64,000 nt of DNA from Eledone cirrhosa (taxonomy: Eukaryota): assembly GCA_964016885.1 (NCBI GenBank), contig OZ024743.1, positions 342,736,001-342,800,000 on the forward strand. The letters run 5' to 3'. Made by a program: the position numbers and the translations under genes. Below are positions 27,692-39,300 of the stretch, in pieces. Under the pieces are notes generated by a model. It worked only from the letters and a program-made list of their open reading frames with translations. It did no database searches and had not been told where the DNA came from. Numbering within the stretch: the stretch's first letter is position 1; every line of letters starts with the position of its first letter.

Positions 27692-29361
27692 GTTAGTGCC
27701 GTGCGTTAAATTGATTGCTCAACCTAATGGGAGATTGGTATAAAGGATAACAAAATATCGTTATAGGTAATCCAATTAGAGGGTGTGAATACTTCTTATT
27801 ATGGATAGCTTTAGCGTATGGCGTTGCTGGACTCAACAAGAGGTTTACGTAGATGACGAGTTTATGATTTCACTTGTATTCCTATGTAAGTGTATCTTGG
27901 AGTAATAAAATTGAAAAAGTGGAGAATATCGTGGTTAACAGTACAAAAAAAGGATTTATTTGCAGTCTAACAATTGTTTCACTGATAAAGTTGTCTAAAA
28001 ATTGCTGAACACTAAATTTAAATTACAACAAAATTCTTCGTAACAGTAACATTGAAAAAACTATTTTTTGTCGACATAAATCGGCGACTAAATTTGAGAA
28101 CTTTAGACCAGCTTAATTCCATCTTATCCATTCCATAACCCAGATATACCACTTGGATCTATTATGATATCACATTATCAACATCTTCAACATTATAATT
28201 ATAATTATAATTATAATTATAATTGTCATCATCTATCAAAGAACAACATCGAAACTTTTTATATTTACATTCTTATTTTATATATATCTCTATTTTTCAC
28301 TCTCTATCTTTATATTCTCTCCCTAAATTTATTTCATCTCTGTCATTTTATTTTATCATATAATTGTTTCTACTTTTGGCACAAGCCCAGCAAATACCCA
28401 GTTCATTACTGGTACTTTTATTTTATCGACCCCGTAAGGATGAAAGGCAGAGTTAACCTCGGCGGGATTTGAACTCAGAATGGCAAGGGGCGTAACTCTA
28501 TGTGTCAAAGCATGGCGTCCGACCCTCTACTATTTATTAAAATAACCAATACACGCATAAATATATTTAACATTATCATATTTTCACCTTATTATCTCTC
28601 CACATATTTCAACAATTCTCAAAAACCATTCTCAATAATTTTAATATGTTTAGATATTCTTCGCACATTTTTACTCCTTTTACGTATTTATTTTTATTCT
28701 TCATTTTTCACATTTTATACCATTTTATATCACATTAGATATAATTCATTTATTTATTTATTTATTTATTTATTTATCAATTTTTTATAGAGATTTTTTT
28801 ATATATTTTTTCATATATTTTTTATATATCTATTTTTATTTTTATTTACCTTTATTAACGTTTATTCATTTATTTGTCCTTCTAGTCTTCTTTCTATCCT
28901 ACGTTATTTCTACTTATGTTTGTCTCTCCTCTATCTATCATCATCTTCTATATATCTTCTCTTTATATTTCTATCTATAATAATTTCTCCTTTTTCTTCT
29001 TCTTTCTCTTTCTCTTTTTCTTTTTCCTTCTTCTTCTTTCTCCTTCCTTTCCTTTCTTTCTTTACTGTATCTATCTCCCTTTCTTCCTCCTTTTCTCTCT
29101 ATATCTTTATTATTAATATTATTATTGATGATGTAATTTGAATTTGTAAATTTGCCGGTTACATATATATTTTTTTAACAGTTTCCAAAGACCTGATAGA
29201 GCTAACATCGTATTTAAAATTGAGTGGCACTGCTTTTAGTGTTCAACAATTTTTAGACAACTTTATCAGTGAAACAATTGTTAGACTGCAAATAAATCCC
29301 CTTTTTTTGTACTGTTGACCATGTTATTCTCCACTTTTTCAAATTTAAATATATATTTATA

Positions 29362-31400
29362 CAGGCACACGGTAAAACTTTCCTACTCAACCACACGCTC
29401 CGTAGCCCAGCACATAGACGGCATAAATAAGAATAGGCTCACTGCCTCTAATACCACCGTAAACCCCGGAGCCACCCAACTGAACCAGCACCCGGGAGGC
29501 ACCAGACCCCGGACAGGCCCAACTAGCACACCGGAACCCAACGACCCTGTGCTGATTGCGGCCGCTACCCAGCCAACCCCGAGTGATGGTAACCACGCGG
29601 TACATGTTCTGGGGCTTAAGAAGTCGTGTAATTGCAGAGACCCGTCACTATGCTCCCTTAGTAATGAATGACAAAAAACGTAGTCTACAGGTGCAAGGTT
29701 ACAACCCCTAACTCGGAGCACCACTACATAGGATCCATAGCGACGAGCTTTAAAGATAGGTGGTATAACCATCGCCATTCCTTTAACAGAATAGAAAAGA
29801 GGAAATGTACGGCCCTTTCTGAATTGATCTGGAAGCTCAAACTTGAAAAGACCCCGCACTCTCTGGTCTGGTCCGTGGTTAGAAAAGTTCCCCCAGACAG
29901 AGGCGGGTCTGGTATTTGCAACCTCTGTCTTAGTGAGACACTCCAGATACTTCATGGCGGAACCAAGCTATTAAACAGAAGGGCCGACTTATTCGGTGCC
30001 TGCAGACACCTAAGGACGGGAACTTTCCTCAAGCTATATGGATAAACCCCGGTTATGGCCTCCCACAACGCCCCCCCCCCCCCTGTAGGTCCCCTACACC
30101 CCGTACCAATGACCAATGGACAACAACAACCACCCATAGTTTGTGGTCCCTATGGTGGATGGTCCACCGTTCCTCTACTGGTTAGGAGTCAACAAAACCA
30201 CGTTTATTGAACCTGAGGACACCCCCCCCCCCGGAGCGGCCCACACAGGAAGAACAATTATCCCAATTAACCCTATACGCATGAATGAGTGCCCGCAACC
30301 GTGCATTGTCTGTGTATACTGGGACTGCGTGAATGTACACACTCATGTGAACGCAACGAAATACTAATACCCCAGGTTGGATTTGATAAATGTTCGAGTG
30401 TATCCTTAAGAGTATATTTGTATATGCTCTCTTGTATGAGTGCACATGTGTATATAGACATACACGCGCATCCAGAAGTGTAAAGGTGTGGGTGGGTATA
30501 TATGTCTGTACTAAGGGAATCGCCTAAGCTCCAAAGCCCCCAAGCTATTGCTGTGAAGATATATATCACACTCTACTTTTGTCTAGTCTAAACAATAACT
30601 TTTCCAAACACCCACTTTACTTTTCTTTAAAAATAACACCCACCTAGTTTTATGTCTGCCTTATACTTGGATATGGGGGCCTGTTGTATATATATGCACT
30701 TGTGCGTACATATATATATATATATACACACCTGTATGGATTTGTGTGTGTAGATGTGTGTGTCTGAGGGGGTAGGTGTGAGTGTATGTACAAGTCAACC
30801 AACATAAGTCTTTTTATTTCTAAAATTTCTAAACATTCTAAGTATTTGACTCTAACCATTATTGACTCTAACCATTATTTTAACCATTAATTCCTCAATT
30901 TGTATGTGTGGATCTGTGTGTGTCTGTGGAGGTGGGTGTGTGTGTATGTGCAAGTCAACCTACATAAGTCTTTTTATTTGTAAATGTTCTAGTATTCTAC
31001 TCTAACCATAATTTTCAGTAGTACCACTCCACATAAATTCCTCAATTTAAGAATGACCTGTAGTATCTATTTCATACTATTAACCTCAATTGAATATATA
31101 TCTGACCAGGAATGCTTTTTTTCATATGGAACTATTGTCATCTTGCCTGACGATTTGAACTTTACAACACCACCTGCCTCTTTGAGGCCAAATAGCAACC
31201 CTACTAGCATCTACAAACTGACCAATGAGAATTAAGACTATTCCTGCTGACAACATTAAATTATTCCTAACAAGCTCATATGTCCCAAGGCTCTGATACC
31301 ATCAACACCATAAACACAGAGCTGGCATATCTAAGAACTGACGAAATATATAGCAGTAAATAAAGGATTATGAGTTCATGCAATTGACTTATTGTCTGAA
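29362..31400 (+). mobile_element. 5'-truncated PLE: linker and GIY-YIG (29362-30045), long 3' UTR, HHR-like end
   Basis: RHTVKLSYSTT, CNCRDPSLCSL, VVY...YIG...FKDRWYNH, CNLCLSE, LLNRR...CRH; frameshift at ~29669. Confidence 0.88.
31143..31356 (+). ncRNA. Possible HHR with ~190-nt helix II insertion
   Basis: ttgc CTGACGA ... GAAA tata TA gcag followed by AATAAA; helix II pairing weak. Confidence 0.45.
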
Positions 31401-31807
31401 TTAGGCGCTATAACAACACCACTTCGATAATTTATAAGGAAGGTCGTTTGGCATGAATTCGAGAGAAATTGGCCACTTTTTGTCTGTGTAAAGGGGTATT
31501 ATTTTACCTGATTTTCTTTGCTATTATTCATAGCTATCGACTGTTGTTATAGAATTTTCTGTGCTTGGGATTCCTACATTTTCTAAAAAAATGTTGTATT
31601 ACTATGTGTATGTGTGGGCTTTCTGCGAACGTAGTTTGGATTAGCTATTTGAAGCTCATTTTGAACTGTATGTATATATACATGTGTGTGTGGGGGTGGG
31701 GGTGTATGTGTGTGTGTGTGTGTGTGTAATATGTCTACACAATAGGACGCGGGATTAAAAACTAACTTTGGTGTTACGTGACCTCAAAGTTCTCTGAAAC
31801 ATAACTG

Positions 31808-31888
<81 letters not shown>

Positions 31889-32149
31889 TATCTAGTTCTG
31901 AGTTGAATTGCTTTGCGAGATATTTTCGCTCAACCAGATTGATAAAAACATTTTCCCAAAGTGCTGTGTGGTGTGATACAAGAGAGACCTAGTTGATTGT
32001 AAATGAACCTACTTAACCACATAGATATACATTCACCCATATTAGAAAACATACAAAAATATTACCAAGCTGAAGATATATTATTTTTCTATTCCATCTG
32101 TGAGAATAACATAATTTAATTTTACATTCAAACCAAACACAAATTTTAA

Positions 32150-32460
32150 CAAAATTACACAGCTTGTTTTCTATACCTGAAAATTATGAATATACGTAGT
32201 TTTTATTTCAAGCTGTTCCACGCATTTTTCAGTCCATCGTGCTTTCATTTTTTGTGTATTCATTTTCTTGCTTACGTCGTAACTTCTTTAAGTTTTCATT
32301 TATTTTTATTTTCAGTTTCTTAGCTAAATTATTTTTCTCACCAATCATCCGCCAATTATCTTCACCCAACTCTTTTAAACAATTTCATTTTTTTACGCCA
32401 ACTTGTATACATTTATTTCGTAACAACTATTTCCATTTGACAATATTATAAAAAAGAAAA
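32150..32460 (-). repeat. Old dispersed repeat (other copies ~33470-33760 and ~44430-44740), possibly a Myb/SANT-like coding relic
   Basis: Shared cagcttgttt...ttttatttca..tgt.ccac core; minus frames give KHDGLKNAWNSLK and KYDRLRKVWNSLK. Confidence 0.45.
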
Positions 32461-32667
32461 GGATTCCGAGTGACACCTGGCAGTACTGCACGTATTTCTA
32501 CTGGAATTGTAGATATGATTTCAGTTTTGCATAAAAACCTGCGAATCTACTGCCTCACACATCGAGTAACACGAACGTTTTGTTTTTGTATTTTTCCAAC
32601 TTTTGACATGAGACTCCGTGTCTGAACGTCTCAAAGTCAAGGCACACATCGTCAACACTTGATTCCA

Positions 32668-32793
<126 letters not shown>

Positions 32794-32967
32794 AAACATA
32801 TACATACATACATATGATGCATACAGACATATGATACATACATACAGGCATATGTATGTATGGACTTGTATCGCCTGGTGGAGTCGTAGGTGTGTCGTAG
32901 TGATATACGGCGTTTCTTGAGATTTTAAACCTAGCAGAGCTCATCCATTTCCAGGTGTCTGAGCACC

Positions 32968-33014
<47 letters not shown>

Positions 33015-33020
33015 CATATA

Positions 33021-33179
33021 TAGGAAAAAGAGTCAGGCCCCGACGGCTGAGCTCCGGCCATTTTGATAGGGTTTGGATCTAGCTGTCGAGCTGTCGAAAC
33101 GGCCTGAGCTCAGCCGTCGGGGTATCGAGTACTCTGGTGCGTTAAGGTCCACCTGGTATCTTACCACACATTCTTTGTT
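33021..33179 (+). mobile_element. Fold-back half-hammerhead element, diverged copy
   Basis: taggaa...ccccgacggctgagctc...GAAA cggcctgagctcagccg TC gggg...gagtactctggtgcgtt. Confidence 0.75.
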
Positions 33180-34144
33180 ATATATATATATATATATGAG
33201 TCCAAGATTAGGTTACAACATATTCACATGGCGCCATGCAGATAGATAGAACGCAGTGTCACCTGTTTATAGATCAATCTTTTTTAACCACACAGTAATA
33301 TTTGAAAACATACTAAAGTGCCAGAATAAAAGCAACTTGATCATTCTTTTAATATTTACCATACCATCTGTAATGTAAAAATGTAAAAAATATGTTTGCT
33401 TTCAGACTGAAATCAAAAACAACATTTAAGAAACTTAAATAAATTTGTCGATATGAAAACATAAAGGTAGTTAAATTCACAGCTTGTTTTCTATTTTTCA
33501 AGAATATGAATATGTGCAATATTTATTTCAAGCTGTTCCACACTTTTCTCAGTCTATCATACTTAATTTTCTTCTTGTTAACTAACTGTACAACATCAGA
33601 AGTTCTTCATTCCTTCATTTGTTTTTTCGTATTTTCTTTTATAAATTATTTTTCCCATTCACCTTCTCCAAGTTATTTTCACCAACGTTTTCTAAACAAT
33701 TTTATTTTTCTATAACAACCGGTATAATATTCTACATTTATGTAGTGTTTGCTTCACTATACGTGTTGGGCAAATTTGTAAGAAACAAAAGACCTAGATC
33801 AGTTCATAAAAGTACTTCACTTCTTACCCTAACATCTTAGGGTAACGTTAGCTGTCACCGTTAAACTCCATTTTGAAAAGACCCAACTTACATCCTTACT
33901 ATTATGCGAATGTATTTTAGCTTTTAATATAAGAATCTGTAGTCAGTTATGTCTAAATCCGAGCCAATGTCAAGGTCCACACAACATTTGATAATAGCAA
34001 CAGACTCTTTGGAATTTTTTTTTTTTTTGTGGGTTTTTTTCATAGAAGTTGAGTCAATTTCTTCCGGGGCGCAAACTGAAATTGGTGTTTTGAGAAGCTT
34101 CTGTTTCCTTCTTGTTTTAATAACATGTATCAGTGACATATGTC

Positions 34145-34337
<193 letters not shown>

Positions 34338-34685
34338 TTTTGTGTATTATTACATTTATTCTGCACAACGGTTTGAAACAAGTGGCTGGGAAGATGGATG
34401 TGAAACAATATGACAACGTAGAACCAGACATACACAACTAAAAGCGAGTTTGACATACTAATAATATTTTTTAATCTTATCTATTTAAAATATCGCAGAT
34501 TAATCTCGCTCTGAAACCAAAAACCAATTTTTCACAAATTTGATGATTTGAAAAATAAAGAGAATGGAAAACATTGTGTTTTTTTTAAATAACTGTTTGT
34601 AAATAAGAATAAATGGTATTTTGATTTCGCACTGTACCACACTTTTTTAATCTTTCATACTTCATGCTATTATTATGTATATACT

Positions 34686-34749
<64 letters not shown>

Positions 34750-34860
34750 AAATTAAATTAAGGGTGTCATGTAAGAGGGACATGCGCCATATCCACTGTA
34801 GAAATGCTCCAAGATTCCAATGAATAGATCCGAGCATTTTATATCAACTAGAAATTGATT

Positions 34861-34929
<69 letters not shown>

Positions 34930-35019
34930 AACATATGAAACAATCACAGGGAATAATTTGTAAAAGTGCGTAAGCACATATAGCTAGGTAGGTAACTAAT
35001 TAAAGTTTAACTAGAACTT

Positions 35020-35354
35020 TAAAAATAGATTCCTTATAAATTGATTAATCTTCCTTCTATATATTTCATTAAAGAAATATATTTCACCATCAATCGATCA
35101 ATAAACCACAGTAGCCAAATCCCAGATTTTCAACAAGGGAGTACGATGTGTGTATTTTTAAAAAATGCAACACGTGCTGCTAGTCATTCGCAGATTTGAA
35201 TTTGCTGTGTAAACACAGATAGTTAAATCTTCTCCCTTGTTGAAAATGCGGTATTTGGCTACTGTGGTTTACCTTTCGATTGATGGTGAAATATATTTCT
35301 TTAATGAAATATATACAAGGAAGAGTAATCAATTTGTAAGGTATCTATTTTTAT
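35020..35354. repeat. Inverted repeat (~120-bp arms, ~90-bp spacer) carrying an HHR-like motif at 35235-35320 (+)
   Basis: ccttg TTGAAAA ... GAAA tata TA caagg; 35020-35140 is the reverse complement of 35232-35354. Confidence 0.7.
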
Positions 35355-36323
35355 ACATACTTAATATAAGTATGTATACGTACATACATATATGTATACA
35401 GGCGTACAGTAGTATGTATATATATACGTTTCATTTTATCCATTTATCGTTTTCGGTGCGCCCGGCCGACTAACTCACTCGATATGCAAATTAGGCTGCT
35501 CAGCCGTTAATAGGCATAAGGAAAGTATATACTTTCAGACGTTCAATCATCTGGCAGGAAGGTATACGATGCTGACGATAGCTAATAAGCTTGAAACTAG
35601 TACATCGTTCCTTTGTCAGTGTTAAACAAAAGGGCAACGATGGTTGCTAAACACTGTACGGCTTAATTCGGGTTGTTTGTTTAGAAACAAACCGAGCATT
35701 ATAATGAATGCTCGCTAAACCCATACGTACAGATATATATATATATATGTGTGTGCATGTACGTATATATATATATATACATACTACTGTACGTCTGTAT
35801 ACATATATGTATGTACGAATACATACTTATATTTAAGTAACAGCAGTACTAAGAGTGAGAAATGAAATTTCGTTTCATTTTATCCATTTATCGTTTTCGG
35901 TGCGTCAGGCCGACTAACTCACTCGATATGCAAATTAAGCTGCTCAGCCGTTAATATGCATAAGGAAAGTATATACTTTCAGACGTTCAATCATCTGGCA
36001 GGAAGGTATACGATGCTGACGATAGCTAATAAGCTTGAAACTAGTACATGGTTCGTTTGTCAGTGTTGAACAAAAGGGCAACGATGGTTGCTAAACACTG
36101 TACGGCTTAATTCAGGCTGTTTGTTTACAAACAAACCGAGCATTATAATAAATGTTCGGTAAACCCATACGTACATATATATATATATATGTGTGCATGT
36201 ATGTATATATATACATACTACTGTACGCCTGTATACATATATGTATAGTACGTATACATACTTATATTTAAGTAACAGCCGTACTAAGAGTGAGAAATGA
36301 AATTTCGTTTCATTTTATCCATT

Positions 36324-36325
<2 letters not shown>
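35355..36325 (+). mobile_element. Family O retrozyme dimer (444-bp period) with short inverted 5' piece
   Basis: HHRs at 35566-35608 and 36010-36052 (acgatg CTGACGA tagc taataa gctt GAAA ctag TA catcgt); 35355-35425 inverted. Confidence 0.88.
35482..35533 (+). promoter_or_regulatory. Candidate snRNA-type promoter: octamer, PSE-like and TATA-like motifs
   Basis: ATGCAAAT, c[tc]cagccgttaat and tatatact conserved in all four plus-strand family O units (~21853, 35483, 35928, 58900). Confidence 0.4.
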
Positions 36326-36359
<34 letters not shown>

Positions 36360-39300
36360 CATTATGAAGAGAGAAGAAACATTTAGATATAATTAGTAAT
36401 AAAATGTATCATACCTAAACTGTTCCTAAATTCCTCGACTACGTAGTTTCGTGGCATAAACAAAATCAATATATCAAAGATATAGAGTCCTTGCGAGGTC
36501 TGCCGACTTATCAAGAGGATACCTCATTTTACTAGTCTCAAGAACGCGTCTACACGACGTGAGAAAGAATCCCAAAAGGCGGAGGGGGAGATAGTCACGC
36601 GATATAACGGTCGAGAAACAGAGCTAAGCCTCTTATAACCACGAAGAAAATACCACGGAGGCGGGGGGGGGGGGTATTCATATCGAGGCCGTAGAAGAGG
36701 TAGTGAAGAAGGCGAGAAGTATGAGTAATGGAAGCTTTCCAGTTGTCCCCACACTTCAAAGATTGCTCGACCAGAGGGAGTTATTAATATATGTAGAAAC
36801 ACACAGATACATGCGGACACACATATATACATGAATGCATCCGCACCCAACTGTGAGTTAAGGGTGCCAACTTCACCGATGTTGCTCAATGAATGACTGG
36901 GACAGACCAATTCAGTTTGAACCAGACTGAACCAGTATCAGAGTTAAAAATACATTATGAAGAGAGAAGAAACATTTAGATATAATTAGTAATAAAATGT
37001 ATCATACCTAAACTGTTCCTAAATTCCTCGACTACGTAGTTTCGTGGCATAAACAAAAACAATATATCAAAGATATAGAGTCCTTGCGAGGTCTGCCGAC
37101 TTATCAAGAGGATACCTCATTTTACTAGTCTCAAGAACGCGTCTACACGACGTGAGAAAGAATCCCAAAAGGCGGAGGGGGAGATAGTCACGCGATATAA
37201 CGGTCGAGAAACAGAGCTAAGCCTCTTATAACCACGAAGAAAATACCACGGAGGCGGGGGGGGTATTCATATCGAGGCCGTAGAAGAGGTAGTGAAGAAG
37301 GCGAGAAGTATGAGTAATGGAAGCTTTCCAGTTGTCCCCACACTTCAAAGATTGCTCGACCAGAGGGAGTTATTAATATATTTAGAAACACACAGATACA
37401 TGCGGACACACACATATATACATGAATGCATCCGCACCCAACTGTGAGTTAAGGGTGCAAACTTCACCGATGTTGCTCAATGAATGACTGGGACAGACCA
37501 ATTCAGTTTGAACCAGACTGAACCAGTATCAGAGTTAAAAATACATTATGAAGAGAGAAGAAACATTTAGATATAATTAGTAATAAAATGTATCATACCT
37601 AAACTGTTCCTAAATTCCTCGACTACGTGGGGACAACTGGAAAGCTTCCATTACTCATACTTCTCGCCTTCTTCACTACCTCTTCTACGGCCTCGATATG
37701 AATACCCCCCCCCCCCCCCGCCTCCGTGGTATTTTCTTCGTGGTTATAAGAGGCTTAGCTCTGTTTCTCGACCGTTATATCGCGTGACTATCTCCCCCTC
37801 CGCCTTTTGGGATTCTTTCTCACGTCGTGTAGACGCGTTCTTGAGACTAGTAAAATGAGGTATCCTCTTGATAAGTCGGCAGACCTCGCAAGGACTCTAT
37901 ATCTTTGATATATTGTTTTTGTTTATGCCACGAAACTACGTAGTCGAGGAATTTAGGAACAGTTTAGGTATGATACATTTTATTACTAATTATATCTAAA
38001 TGTTTCTTCTCTCTTCATAATGTATTTTTAACTCTGATACTGGTTCAGTCTGGTTCAAACTGAATTGGTCTGTCCCAGTCATTCATTGAGCAACATCGGT
38101 GAAGTTGGCACCCTTAACTCACAGTTGGGTGCGGATGCATTCATGTATATATGTGTGTGTCCGCATGTATCTGTGTGTTTCTAAATATATTAATAACTCC
38201 CTCTGGTCGAGCAATTTTTGAAGTGTGGGGACAACTGGAAAGCTTCCATTACTCATACTTCTCGCCTTCTTCACTACCTCTTCTACGGCCTCGATATGAA
38301 TACCCCCCCCCCCCCCTCCTCCGTGGTATTTTCTTCGTGGTTATAAGAGGCTTAGCTCTGTTTCTCGACCGTTATATCGCGTGACTATCTCCCCCTCCGC
38401 CTTTTGGGATTCTTTCTCACGTCGTGTAGACGCGTTCTTGAGACTAGTAAAATGAGGTATCCTCTTGATAAGTCGGCAGACCTCGCAAGGACTCTATATC
38501 TTTGATATATTGTTTTTGTTTATGCCACGAAACTACGTAGTCGAGGAATTTAGGAACAGTTTAGGTATGATACATTTTATTACTAATTATATCTAAATGT
38601 TTCTTCTCTCTTCATAATGTATTTTTAACTCTGATACTGGTTCAGTCTGGTTCAAACTGAATTGGTCTGTCCCAGTCATTCATTGAGCAACATCGGTGAA
38701 GTTGGCACCCTTAACTCACAGTTGGGTGCGGATGCATTCATGTATATATGTGTGTGTCCGCATGTATCTGTGTGTTTCTAAATATATTAATAACTCCCTC
38801 TGGTCGAGCAATCTTTGAAGTGTGGGGACAACTGGAAAGCTTCCATTACTCATACTTCTCGCCTTCTTCACTACCTCTTCTACGGCCTCGATATGAATAC
38901 CCCCCCCCCCCCGCCTCCGTGGTATTTTCTTCGTGGTTATAAGAGGCTTAGCTCTGTTTCTCGACCGTTATATCGCGTGACTATCTCCCCCTCCGCCTTT
39001 TGGGATTCTTTCTCACGTCGTGTAGACGCGTTCTTGAGACTAGTAAAATGAGGTATCCTCTTGATAAGTCGGCAGACCTCGCAAGGACTCTATATCTTTG
39101 ATATATTGTTTTTGTTTATGCCACGAAACTACGTAGTCGAGGAATTTAGGAACAGTTTAGGTATGATACATTTTATTACTAATTATATCTAAATGTTTCT
39201 TCTCTCTTCATAATGTATTTTTAACTCTGATACTGGTTCAGTCTGGTTCAAACTGAATTGGTCTGTCCCAGTCATTCATTGAGCAACATCGGTGAAGTTG

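Larger units (their letters stand above)
23960..29342 (-). mobile_element. Full-span degenerate PLE with direct partial 5' repeat and long inverted repeat
   Basis: 23965-24240 repeated at 27740-28015; 24136-25370 is the reverse complement of 28055-29342; RT-nuclease remnants inside. Confidence 0.9.

Noticed and set aside
29660-29680. TGA at a conserved Cys position of the GIY-YIG linker (SNE*), suggestive of the selenocysteine recoding reported for some Naiad PLEs
   Set aside because: It coincides with a frameshift that a small deletion explains; the four other PLEs here have Cys codons at this position; no SECIS identified
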